Below are positions 1-12,237 of a stretch of 64,000 nucleotides of DNA, piece by piece. Numbering within the stretch: position 1 is the first letter of the stretch; each line of letters opens with the position of its first letter. The DNA is from Octopus vulgaris (lineage: Eukaryota). Made by a program: the position numbers and the translations under genes. The notes under the pieces are model-generated. The model saw nothing but the letters and a program-made list of their open reading frames with translations. It was not told where the DNA came from and searched no databases. The stretch lies in contig OX597815.1 of NCBI GenBank assembly GCA_951406725.2, positions 72,230,001 through 72,294,000 of the forward strand, in the 5' to 3' direction.

Positions 1-28
1 TATGAGAATTTATTAAAGTCTACTAGAC

Positions 29-312
29 GCCGGTATGGTTGTGTGGTTAACAAGTTTGCTTCCCAACCACATGGTTTCAGGTTCAGTCCCACTGTGCGGC
101 TCCTTTGGCAAGTGTCTTCTGCAACAGCTCCAGGCCGACCAATTCTTTATGAATGGACATGGTGGACAGAAACTGTGTGAACAAAAAGACAGACGCTGAT
201 GGAATAAGCACCAAACTTAAAACTATATCCTGGGGTCGATTTGTTCGACTAAAACCCTTCAAGGAGATGCTTCAGCATGGCCACAGTCTAATGTCTGAAA
301 CAAGGGTAAAAG
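29..312 (+). mobile_element. CORE-type tRNA-derived SINE, diverged (resembles Octopus OR-type SINEs)
   Basis: tRNA-like head (GGTTCAGTCCC B-box-like), CORE-like TTTGGCAAGTGTCTTC and 3' GGGGTCGATTTGTTCGACTAAA...CAGCATGGCCACAGTC; matches the copies at 10540, 25738 and 34973. Confidence 0.75.
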
Positions 313-406
313 GTATCGATCTCTCTCTCCCCTATTGATTAATTTTCATCGATGAAAACCATCCCTAGTTTCTTTGAAGTTATGATTTCCAGTTACTCAA
401 ATATTA

Positions 407-629
407 TTGGGTTGGTGCATAATTTTTACAGCTTTTTCTTCAACAAATTTTATTCAATAAAAATAATAACAATATTTAACAAAAACATCCTTAAATGATG
501 GTGTGACCGCCTGCCAAGCAAATGGGAAGCAGTAATTGAAGTAGATGCTCCGGAATAATCATTTGAAGATGATTTTGTTGCATGTTGTTATTGGTTTTGC
601 ACCAACTCAATAGCTATGCACCAACCTAA
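407..629 (+). mobile_element. Mariner-derived MITE / internally deleted mariner
   Basis: TIRs TTGGGTTGGTGCATA / TATGCACCAACCTAA, flanked by TA at 405-406 and 630-631; the interior keeps a transposase C-terminal remnant (DRLPSKWEAVIEVD). Confidence 0.75.
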
Positions 630-1097
630 TAGCTTGCAGTGCTGACTTCAAATCACCCTGTGGGAGTAAATGGGTGCGTGGGATAGTGATGGGCACCCCT
701 TGGGGTGACTTCCTTTGAGATCCTAGTGCTTCTTCGACTCGGTGAGTTATGACACCTAGTGACAACTATTATTTGTCTCCTCAGCGCAACAACAAAGCAA
801 AATCGTCGAGAGCATCGAAAATAATATTTTGCCGTATTTCTTGCAGATCTTTACAGTCTGAGTTGAAATTCCACCGGGATCCACTTTGCTTTTCATCTCC
901 CCGGGGTTGATAAAATAAAGTAATAGTCAAGAACTGGGGTTGGTGATATCGACTACTCCCCACTCCACCCTAACCACCCACAACATTTCTGGCCCTTGTG
1001 CCGAAATCTAAACGTATTCGTTTTCTTGGATGAAATTTTAGATAGAATCATTTGACATTATATTTTTGATAACCAGCGATCTCGATAAATCGGTGAA

Positions 1098-1260
1098 GGC
1101 GCGTAGCCTAGTAGTTAGGCTGTTCCACTCATGATCGTAAGAGTATGGTTTCGATTCCTTGATTGGGCAGTGCATTGTGTTCATGAGCAAAACACTTCAT
1201 TTCACGTTGTTCTAGTCCACTCAGCTGTAAACGAATAAACCTTGCAACAGACTGGCGTTT
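1098..1260 (+). mobile_element. tRNA-derived SINE (third family)
   Basis: A box TAGCCTAGTAG, B box TTTCGATTCC, then GTGTTCATGAGCAAAACACTTCATTTCACGTTG; same family at 41499-41797 (minus). Confidence 0.7.
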
Positions 1261-2807
1261 GGCTCAAGAGTGTATGTTGTAATCTCGATCGCTAATTCGC
1301 CATGCAAAATCGGGTGAGCGGCTCCCGAAGCCCAAGGACTTGAGACAGTAATGCCCACAGCTTGATCAGGGTGATGATCTCTATAAATATGATGGAAGTT
1401 AGTTCTAGTTGCTCTCATGACCTCTGGTCTTGGGAAAGGCATTAAGATCATCTAATCACATTTGTTTATTTTTCTTTTAGGTATTTAATCAAAATGCAAT
1501 ACTACAAACTGAATCTATTTGATGGTGTTAAGAAACGAACATGTAATTTTAAGATTTTCAACACAACGTTCATTCTGTCTTTCTCTCTCTTTCCTTCTCT
1601 CTCACACACACATACACACACAGCTGTTGTTAAATACATATATTCGCCTCTGTATACACATGTACACACATGTTTTTTGACAAGTGTTTATACAATTCTT
1701 ACTTTTAAGTGCCTAATAGTAACAGAAAATAACAGAAACAAAAATGATTATCAATAAATGCAAAAGAAAAGAAAAATAACAAACATAAAAAACGACAGCA
1801 AGAGAAAAAAATGTTATTTTTTACCATCCTCCACCACCTCGTTCCTTCTATTTCTCTTTTCCCCTCTCTCTCTCGCTCCGTTTTTCTCTTTCTTTCTCTC
1901 CGCCTCTCTCTCTCTCTTTCTCACTCCTCTTTGATGTTTAATTCAATGAGTTTAATGGATATATTTTTTCTTCTTTATATTTGAATCACACAAATTGGTA
2001 AGGTAAGTTAATATATTGTCAAACAACTGAGAGATTGGTTGTAAAAGAAAAGTTAACGCATAAAACAAAACAACAACAATAACAACTGCAACAAATAAGA
2101 AAAACAACAACGAAAAAAAAAGCGAATTATAACCATCAATAATGTAATATAGATCAAACATAAAAACTAACAACAACATCAACAACTATAATAATATCAA
2201 TACCAACACTAACGATATTAACAACAACAACAATATGATAAACAATGGAGCAAGGCATGACTCTGTGATTGATAAAGAAGTTCACTTTTGTAAATACATA
2301 AGATCCGAGTTCGATCTCATTGCATGACATACCTCGTGCAAGTCTTTTGTACTGTAGTCTTGGGTTGACCAATTTTTTTGTCTTCTCTACTTACCTTTTC
2401 AACTGCTACAATAACGTCCTCTGCTCCCTGGAATCTGGCTTGCACTCATGTCACCTCCACTCAAACATTCCCTTGTGTTCGTTTCTCCTCTCCTCTTCTT
2501 TCATAACTTTTGTTTTTACCAAATCTCCTTTTCCAGGTCTCACGCTAACCACTTATGCCCAGAGTCTTACTTCCCAGGATGTGAGTCTCATCTGCCAACC
2601 TCCATCTCTGCCAACCGCCATCCCTACCCACCTCCATCCCTACTCACCTCCATCCCTACTCACCTCCATCCCGCGATTATTTACAAACGTCTAAAAGAAC
2701 ATTAAATGGCATTAACGTCACTGGTTTGAGAGAGCCAGGGAAGCTCATAAACACATCCAGACCAATACATGTATGTATGTATGTCTAGATATATATATAC
2801 ACATATA

Positions 2808-2972
2808 TATATCGCGAAAAAGGAGGCAGTCAGAATTTTCGATATTTCCTTATTATATAATTCTTTATTATTGGCACTTTCGTTCGTTTAAGCTCTTCAA
2901 AGCGCTAATAATAAAGAATTATATAATAAGGAATTATCCCAAATTCTGACTGCCTCCTTTTTTCTCGATATA
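2808..2972. repeat. Near-perfect inverted repeat (about 73-bp arms, 18-nt loop)
   Basis: 2808-2880 is the reverse complement of 2899-2972 with few mismatches; the arm sequence recurs at about 14052-14090. Confidence 0.85.
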
Positions 2973-3001
2973 CAATATCTGTACACCATTTCACACACTC
3001 T

Positions 3002-3109
<108 letters not shown>

Positions 3110-3568
3110 GCACGCTCACACACATATACACAATGTCACATATATATTTACCATAATAAGAATTTATAAACTTCGAAAGTCGGTGAAATAATTCTTTTTT
3201 TGAACGGAGGATTTTGAATCATATAAAATTATAAGTAATGGTAGGCATTACACACACACACACACACAAATAAACATGAGAATGACTGTCGTGTTACGAT
3301 TATTCATTTGTTCGATCAACCGAATTTCCTGCTCCCGAATTAACCTGAAAGTGGCTGAGTATTCCATAAACACGTCTATCCTAAACGGAAACATACTGAC
3401 TGGGGTAATTGCCTGGATGAGAGACGAACACTCGAACAACTCCACAAGTTATAACAGGAAGTAAAAAATTCTGAAGGTGATGAACAAAATGTAAACGCAC
3501 AAAATATTACATAAAATGTGTGCAGTGAATTGCATGTCGAAAAAAAAAGGAAAAACGAAAAGACGTAG

Positions 3569-3602
3569 ACTGACGTTTCGGATGATCACCTTTTATCAAA
3601 GT
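3569..3602 (-). ncRNA. Degenerate minimal hammerhead motif (Penelope-type)
   Basis: Minus strand ACT-TTGATAA-AA-GG-TGATCAT-CC-GAAAC-GTC-AGT; ACT/AGT stem I, core deviates at two positions. Confidence 0.45.
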
Positions 3603-3680
3603 AGAGTAAGAAATAAACAAATAAGAAAAAAAGAAAAGAAATTATACCTTTTTAGAACACGTGTATCTTCCGATTACATG

Positions 3681-3780
<100 letters not shown>

Positions 3781-4029
3781 AGGAGAAGGGTGGGTGGCAA
3801 AATCAGTAGAACCGTTGAGCAAAATACATTGTGATATTGTTTGTTTCTTTACATTCTGAGTTCAAATATAATGGATACATACTTTATACCCTGATGTTTT
3901 CAAAATAAGTACTGGAGTTGATGTTTTCTTTCATTTAGTCAGGACGGAAGGGGTGTGTCCTATAGCCTTCGTAGGCTCCTGACAATGGGCAGATTGATGA
4001 GAGGTTTTGCTTAAACAAGTCCAAGTCTG

Positions 4030-4657
4030 CAAGTGCGTGCTTCCGTGAAATTCTGTTTTCTACTGGGGGAAAGGGCGGCCGAAACAGGTTAGAAATGATC
4101 ACTTGTCGCTTGAAGAACAACCTCGGTCAGGACGACCGTCAACCTTCCGAACGAATGAAAATATCATGAAAATCCATGAATTGATCTTAGAGGACCGTCA
4201 CCGAACAATTGACGAACTTGTTAATATGACTGGTGTGTCCTGGAGCTCCTGTCAACAAATTTTGAGCGAGGAATTGTGAATGAAAAGAGTTGCAGCAAAA
4301 TTTGCTCCTCGCTTGCTCAGGGAAGATCAAAAGTAGTCACGACTGAATGCGTGTCGTGAACTGAAAGAACAGTTGGAAGTTGATCCAGACATTTTTTCAA
4401 AGACCATCACCGGTGTTGAAAGCTAGTGCTAGGGATTTGACGATGTGGAAGAGGTGAAGGAAAAAAAAAACAACGGAAGCGTTAAAAGGCATCATTTTGC
4501 AAGAGTTCCAACACTGCTTCGAATAGTGGAAAACGTGCCTGGACCGATGCATTGATACAAATTGAGATTTCTTAGAGGTGATAAAAGTGTAAACATGTAA
4601 AACTAAGTGAATAAAATAATATTGCAAAATTCCAGTTTCTTTTGGGTACCCCTTCGT
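4030..4657 (+). pseudogene. Internally deleted mariner transposase remnant with right end
   Basis: Translates to SLEEQPRSGRPST...ILEDRHRTIDEL...MKRVAAKFAPRLL...KTITGVES, jumps to the C-terminal EFQHCFE*WKTCLDRCID, contains stops, and ends TTTTGGGTACCCCTTCG. Confidence 0.8.
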
Positions 4658-4899
4658 GTGTGTGTGTGTATATATTAGCCAAAAAAAGGCCTTTTTCGTC
4701 TGTTTGGTTTTTCTCATTTGTCCTCGTGTTTGTTTGATTTCCCGTATTGTATTCCCTTTTTATTTCTCGTCTTGTATTTTTTTGTACATGTATTTTTATC
4801 TTGTATTTTATTGTGCAGATTTATTGTTACATCCTGTTTGTGTTCTTACCCGTTTTACCCCGCTGCTTGGAATTTTATTTTAATTCTCCCGCAGGAAGG

Positions 4900-4970
4900 C
4901 TCAGTTAACGAGTGTCCTGTCTTGCCTTCGAAACACGCCTGAGTTAACTAGCGACAGCTGATGACGGTGG
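4900..4970 (+). ncRNA. Hammerhead ribozyme with non-circularly permuted strand order
   Basis: GTGT(4912-15)-C(4916)-CTGTC(4917-21)-TTG-CCTTC(4925-29)-GAA-ACAC(4933-36)...GACAG(4953-57)-CTGATGA(4958-64)-C-GGTGG(4966-70); all three stems abut the conserved core in the correct register. Confidence 0.7.
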
Positions 4971-5256
4971 ATTTTTCCTTGTGTAGCTTGTCCTGTACTT
5001 GTTTTCTTGTAAAAAATTTTTGGATTTTTCCTTGTGTAGCCTGTCCTGTACTTGTCGTTAAATTTTTGTTTTTCCCGTTTCTACGTCTTGTTGTGGCGTC
5101 CTGTACTTACGTATATTTATTTATATATGCATGTATATATACATGTAGATGTAGGTACGTACATATATGTTTGTGTGTATGCATTATTATTGTCTGACAG
5201 CGCCCCGCGTCAGGTTCGTTTCATTTGTCGGTTCGTTCCACTTCTTGTCTCCATTA

Positions 5257-5296
<40 letters not shown>

Positions 5297-5311
5297 GCGT
5301 GCGTGTGTGCG

Positions 5312-5790
5312 AACTGTAGGTTAGATAAAATATGTTTGAGACATATTTTAACTTCTAAAGGCAAATTCACTGCTAAAAGGTATAAAAACATAACACCTGT
5401 CCAGAACTGCCCTCTATTGGATTCCCAGATGCAGCGTTTCTGTCTCTAACTTTCCTCAATGGGAAATACCGAAGAGAGGTAAGTAACTCTGAGCAGGTTT
5501 AAATTTGTAGCTTTAAGTAAAACACAGTTAAGAATATGGAGGTGCGCTATGAGACTGCCCGGTCGACATAAAATCAGCAATATCAGAGCCAAGCAGTGAT
5601 TAGGCATAAGTGAACTTTAGGTTAGTTAGAATATGTTTATGACATATTTCAACTTCTAAAGGAAAATTCACAGCATTTACCATGGTAAAAGGTGTAAAAG
5701 CCTCATATATGCTAAGTGCTGCTCTCTATCGGATTCTCAGACACAGCGTTTCTGGCTCTTTAACCTTCCTCAATGGGAAATAGCCAAGTT
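5312..5790 (+). repeat. Diverged tandem repeat of about 301 bp (1.6 units) with a decayed hammerhead, retrozyme-like
   Basis: 5312-5474 resembles 5613-5788; TGCG-CTATGA-GACT-GCCC-GGTC-GACAT-AAA-ATC-AGCA at 5543-5579. Confidence 0.6.
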
Positions 5791-6049
5791 ATGGTGTAGC
5801 TGAGCATTGTAGGTGGTCGCTGACACACGTTCTTTGCAGTCCAAGCAAAATCTTGCAGTATAAGCAGATTGCCGACCCGTGTTATCACAGATCAATCCGT
5901 GATAAACGTAACATGGTTCGCAATTGAGCGTACAACGTTATCTTGGATCAGTGATGAATGAAGCAGCGACAAACGAGGTTACCTGTATTAAAAGCACTTC
6001 TTACTTTTGACGTATATAGTTTAATTTACGTACGAACCGCCAACCTGTG

Positions 6050-6555
6050 AAGAGATCCACACATCTGAAAGCGTTCCCGTTGCTTTGCCTTCTTAAATCT
6101 TTTATTAAAGTTACTTTCAAAAGATCTATCGCTTCTCTCTATAAAAGTTCTGAGGTATTTAAACGTATTTGACTCTTCTCGTATCTGCCCCTTTTAATGA
6201 GAACATTTCTTTTATCCGTTTACTCAGTCTTCCTAATTTTCGTTTTACTGATGTTTATCTTTAAACCCCACAACTTCGCCTATTTCATTAACTTCGTCTA
6301 ATCAGTCTTTGTATATTTAATATTTCATTACAAAACCAAACAACGTAATCCAAATCCGCCAAATACTTTGCATAAATCCTTTCAATTCATTCTCTTCCAT
6401 CTCCGATTATTGTTTCTTTCATGACATATTTTATTAGAACTTCAAACAAGAGAGGCGATAGAACACCCCACTGTTGTGCTCCTCTCCAAAATTCATTTCA
6501 GAACTGACTGTACACACTCACTCAACATTTACTTCTTCGTTATATTTCACCTGTT
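6050..6555 (-). pseudogene. Highly degenerate non-LTR (RTE-like) reverse transcriptase fragment
   Basis: Minus strand gives, across frameshifts, VLSPLLFEVLIKYVMKE...LADLDY...LKINISKTK...TFKYL. Confidence 0.5.
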
Positions 6556-6859
6556 AAGGCGCTAAGCACCGGATATAATGTTGTGCGGTGTTTTTCCGAC
6601 ATTTTGAGTTCAAATGCCACACAAATAAACTATACATTTTATCTTTCCGGGACCGATAAGATAAAGTAGCAGTCAAGTAGTAGGGGCGATTCAATCGACT
6701 AAAATCCAACCCACTCCCAAATTCGTGGTCTTGTGCCTATGTCTACCTGGATGAAACTATGTACAATAAACTTATTAATCTTATGGTCTACTGCTTGGTC
6801 TTCAGTTTAGACTAGGGTGGATATTCAATCGGTTCTCGGCCCGGAATGCTAAAGAAAGG

Positions 6860-7410
6860 GTTGTGAATATCTGCAAGATATCTCCCTAAAAAAATAAATA
6901 TAACATCGGTACGTATAACATTTACAATATATATACAAACGTGTAGTAGCATTCAGTGAGCAAGCTAAATCAGACTGAAACAATGTGTCTGGAGACACCC
7001 AGCGTTCTAAGCGAAGTCCTATGTTTTCAAACATAAGTCTCTTCGAGAAAGTTTCCTTGAGAAAAAATGTTACAGTTAGCACCTTTTCACGTTTATTTAT
7101 GTTTGTATGTGTGTGTGTTTGTGTTTGAGTCTGTGTGTATGTGTGTGTGTATATACACACCAGTATTTTAATTAAGTGTGTGTATTAACTTCGTTTTAAC
7201 TTGTTAGCTTTCATGCAAATTAGTGTTTGTCTACTTTTTTCTATATCAGAACAGCTATTTTCTGGCTCAGCTCGGAACACCCGGAGTATCCGTCATTGAG
7301 GAGATCAAATCAAGTCAAAACACTGTGTCTGGTGATCCACTGGCGATCTGAGCGAAGCTCTGGTATTTTAACGCACATTTGAATGCACACGTGTCTTTGA
7401 GAAACTTTGG
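6860..7410 (+). mobile_element. Retrozyme-like element: unit of about 340 bp bounded by two decayed type I hammerheads
   Basis: Direct repeat (G/A)AAAC-NNN-GTGTCTGG at 6977 and 7317; the second has CACCCGGA...TTGAGGA-GATC-AAATCA-AGTC-AAAAC-ACT-GTG-TCTGGTG; homologous to 20230-20770. Confidence 0.6.
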
Positions 7411-7486
7411 TGGCCTTGTGCCTATGTTTTAACCAACGTTCCTTTCTTAATGACAGGTAAAGTTCTCATACTTGTCATCCTCCTCC

Positions 7487-7604
7487 TCCACCTTATCCTC
7501 CTCTTCTTCTTCTTCTTCTTCTTCTTCTTCTTCTTCTTCTTCTTCTTCTTCTTCTTCTTCCTCCTCCTCCTCCTCTTCATCTTCTTCTTCATCATCATCA
7601 TCAT
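7487..7604. repeat. (TTC)n/(CTC)n/(ATC)n compound microsatellite
   Basis: Directly visible. Confidence 0.97.
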
Positions 7605-7929
7605 GATCAGTAGCAGCTGCAGCTCTGTAAATTTTATGCCTGTTTCTGTTGAATTGTAGGTATTTGTTTTAGCATGGACGTATGGTTAAGAAATTAGCCT
7701 CTCAGCTACGTGTTTTCGAAAAGCAGATATCATTTCTTTTCTCTGCATGCATCTTGGCAAACTCGGATCGACTAGCTAGCTTTCCGAGTCCCAGATCGAT
7801 CGATGTACCGACTGATTATCCCCATTCCTTTTATAGGCCGTAAATTGGAGTGACACAAACCGTAGAGATTAAAAGCTTTACTGTATTTAGTTTAATCCAG
7901 ATGGATGAAACTGAATGCAATAAATGTGT

Positions 7930-8228
7930 ATTTCTGGCCTCCTAATTCCCTCGATTGTAATGCCATGGTTGTGTATGTGTGCGCGCGCGTGTAATAAATG
8001 GGCATACAGAGATGGCCAAATCGGTAGATGACTGATGCTGTCTCTATGACCAAAAACTCTCACATCTCAGTTTGCCTACTGCAGTTGTGAAAGACACCAA
8101 CTGCTCTACCTGCAACACCAAGGCGGAGTTGGTGGCCAAGATCAAGGAGGAGTTCGATCATCCCATGGAACACATTGCGCCAGGTTCTGCAGCCGTCTTG
8201 AGGTCATGGTGAAGCTGAGGGTGATAGT
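7930..8228 (+). pseudogene. Tc1/mariner transposase C-terminal remnant (same family as 12660-13110)
   Basis: FWPPNSLDCNAM followed by VVKDTNCSTCNTKAELVAKIKEEF. Confidence 0.6.
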
Positions 8229-8404
8229 GGGAGGATGTTTATCTATTAAATCGGCTCTCAGTACATGACTAGCATAGTATTTTATCGATACTGGAAGGAC
8301 GAAAGTCTTGTGCGTGAAATTTAGTAAACGTGTATAGAAGAAATTCTGTTAATGGAAGGTCACGATAGGAGAGTCCTGTTGTTAAGTAGTAGTTGTTGTT
8401 TGTT

Positions 8405-9000
8405 TGCGTATGTGTTTATATGTGTGTGTTTATATATGTGGGTATATGCGTATGTGCTTATATGTGTGGGAATATGTGTGTGTTTGTATATGTGGGTATA
8501 TGCGTATTTGTTTATATGTGTGGGTATATGTGTGTGTTTGTATATGTGGGTATATGCGTATGAGTTTATATGTGTGGGTATATGTGTGTGTTTGTATATG
8601 TGGGTATATGTATGTGTTTGTATATGTGGGTATATGTGTGTGTTTGTATATGTGGGTATGTGTATGTGTTTGTATATATGGGTATATGTGTGTTTGTATA
8701 TGTGGGTATATATGTATGTGTTTGCATGTGTGAATATATGTGCGTTTGTATGTGTGGGAATATGCGATGTGTTTATGTGTATGGGTATACATGTGTATTT
8801 GTATGTGTAGGTATATGTGTAAATGTGCATGCATGTATGAGCATGTGCGCATGTGTGTGTATGTGTATATGTATGTTAGTGTGTGTAAATAACTGGGTGT
8901 GTCTGTATGTGTATGGGTGTGTACGTATGCGTATGAACGTGTATGTTTGTGCGTCTGTATTTCGAAGTGTATGCGCGCGCGAGTGTGTTCGCGCATGTGT
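8405..9000. repeat. TG-rich minisatellite (about 24-bp unit TGTGTGTTTGTATATGTGGGTATA) grading into (TG)n
   Basis: Directly visible periodicity. Confidence 0.9.
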
Positions 9001-9169
9001 AAACAGTCAGGCATGAAACAATTAGAGTAAATGAGACTAAATTAACAAAATGTTAACAACAACAGCAAGAACAATAACAAGAACGATAACAATCACATCA
9101 AAAGAACTCGTGAAGCACCCTACTCGAATATTTGCACCTTTAGAAGAAAAGGACAAACACACTGATACG

Positions 9170-9437
9170 ATATTATCATCATTATCATTGTCGCCGTCGT
9201 CAGCATCCTCATCGCCGTCGTCGTCGTCATCATCGTCATCATCGTTATCATCATCATCGTCATTATCATCATTATCATTATTATCGACGTTGTCTTTTAT
9301 TATCGTTGTCACCACACCATCATCATCATGATCATCATCACCACCACCACCATCATCATCATCATCCTCATCATCCTCATCATCCTCATCATCCTCATCA
9401 TCCTCATCATCATCATCATCATCAGCATCATCATCAG

Positions 9438-9470
<33 letters not shown>

Positions 9471-9770
9471 TATCATTATTATCGACGTTGTCTTTTATTA
9501 TCGTTATCACCATCATCATCATCATCATCATGTTTATCGTCGTCGTCTTCATCTTGCTCGCCATCATCATCAACTGCTTCGTTATCATCATCCTCATCAC
9601 GGCAAACTCCCACCACCAACAACACCACCACCACCAGCGTCACCATCACCATCATCGTCATCCCACTCATTAACAACAACAACAACAACAACAATATGAA
9701 AAATAACAATCAACATCAAACGTCAACAATATTAGCAATAGCAGCAGCAGCAGCAGCAACAGCGACAACA
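9170..9770. repeat. (CAT)n/(CAC)n/(CAA)n/(CAG)n trinucleotide low-complexity block
   Basis: Directly visible; includes an internal duplication ATTATTATCGACGTTGTCTTTTATTATCGTT at about 9277 and 9475. Confidence 0.92.
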
Positions 9771-10208
9771 AATGAAATGGTGGATGAGATATAAAGGAGA
9801 GAAACAATCAAATAGCTATAGCTTCTGGCCAGTTGTAATTTCAATAATAAAGAGAGAGAGAGGGGGGAGAGGGAGAAGGAGAAGGGAGCGTGAGTGGGAG
9901 AGAGTGTGCCGTAATATAAATATAATAACGGTTATAGCTTGAATAGAGCAGGCTTGTCGACATTTACGGTCGCAGCCAGACAGCTGCGCCATCTGGTGTC
10001 AAAGTTAATCCTACTGGCGGCGGAAAGAAAGCATCCATTTTGTTATTGTTGTTATCTTTTGTTGCTGTTGTTGTTGTTTTATGTTGCTTGTGTTTTTATT
10101 TTATTTTTTCTGATTTTTTAATCTTCTCGTCTTTTTTTTTCCTAAAATTTAAATTCACAAAGAAAAATATTAAACGTTCTTCCGTAACTGTTTGAAAGCC
10201 TTAGACAT

Positions 10209-10277
<69 letters not shown>

Positions 10278-10539
10278 CCATGAGAGAGTACGTGACGGAT
10301 GAGAGAGAAAGAGAGAGAAACAGGCGGAGGAAAAGAAAAGAACAAAAGCGCGTGTGAATGGTGTGTCCGTATGTTTATGAATGCATATAAGTGTATATAA
10401 ATACTCCATCCACTTGGTATGTGTGGCAGTGTTAGGAGAATGTGATATGTTATTGCTAATGTGTGTATGTAAACATGTACGTTTCTGTGAATGCATGCAT
10501 GTGCATATATGTGTGTGTATGTGAGTATATAGATTCTAT

Positions 10540-11002
<463 letters not shown>

Positions 11003-11031
11003 ACACACACACACATATATATATATAAACA

Positions 11032-11303
11032 TACTGTTAAAAAAGTCGGGTGTACGTGCGTACCGTTACTTAGTAAATGAAAAAAAATCCATTGTAAGTA
11101 AACAAAGACAAATAGAAAGAGTATACATATACTAAGGGTACAGCCGGATGGGAGACAGGTACAGAGGGTCCTAATTCTCTATCAATTATCAACCAAAATA
11201 GTAATGCTCAGTTTATCATTAATGGTGCGAGACCCGCCCGGTTGTACCCTGAGTTAATGTACACGTTTTTTTACTTGTCGTTGTTTATTCATAATGCATT
11301 TTC

Positions 11304-11310
<7 letters not shown>
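11032..11310. mobile_element. Palindromic MITE (family shared with 20919-21210)
   Basis: Self-complementary body; the outer end TACTGTTAA...GTCGGGTGT...TGCGTACCGTTACTTA is the reverse complement of 21165-21210. Confidence 0.7.
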
Positions 11311-11362
<52 letters not shown>

Positions 11363-11366
<4 letters not shown>

Positions 11367-11700
11367 ATCAGCCTTAGCGAAGGCGGAGGTATTGTTTTCA
11401 GTCGTATTTGTTTGTTTATCTGTGGACAAAATATCTCAAGGACCGCTGGATGGATTCGGATGAGACTGGCACGAACTGATTAGATTTTGGGACCGATCTG
11501 GTACCTCACATGGATACTGGATTATATTTCTTGTTCTTTTTTATTTAATTTTTGAGAGCGGTCGGGTCCATTTTTAGTATTCTTGTTTGTGAGAGCAGTC
11601 GAGTTTATTTCAGATATTCTCATTTTAAAAATCATCTCTAGTTAATCGTTGAGAGGACGTTGGTGTTGCCTTGGCGAAGGTTTGCGCTCTCCGAGTGCTC

Positions 11701-11706
<6 letters not shown>
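11363..11706 (+). mobile_element. Helentron-associated non-autonomous element (HINE/DINE-like)
   Basis: Subterminal GCCTT(A/G)GCGAAGG motifs, 3' stem-loop GCGCTC-TCC-GAGTGC, (GTTT)-like tract near the 5' end, inserted in (TTA)n. Confidence 0.55.
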
Positions 11707-11752
<46 letters not shown>

Positions 11753-11841
11753 ATACACACTCACACATATTACATACGTATATATACGTAACTACTGTCT
11801 CTATATATATATACTCATACACACACGCACACAAACACACA

Positions 11842-12145
<304 letters not shown>

Positions 12146-12237
12146 GTGTGTTTAGGTTATCGGGCTAAAGATGATTTTTTAAAATATGTCCTTTTCTCAA
12201 GAAGGGCTTGATGTGTTGGTGAACAGTCAACGGTATT

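Noticed and set aside
8352-9794. Long ORFs (poly-His, poly-Asp, CVCV/YIYI types) here and throughout the track
   Set aside because: They are translations of micro- and minisatellites, open in several frames on both strands, with no domain content
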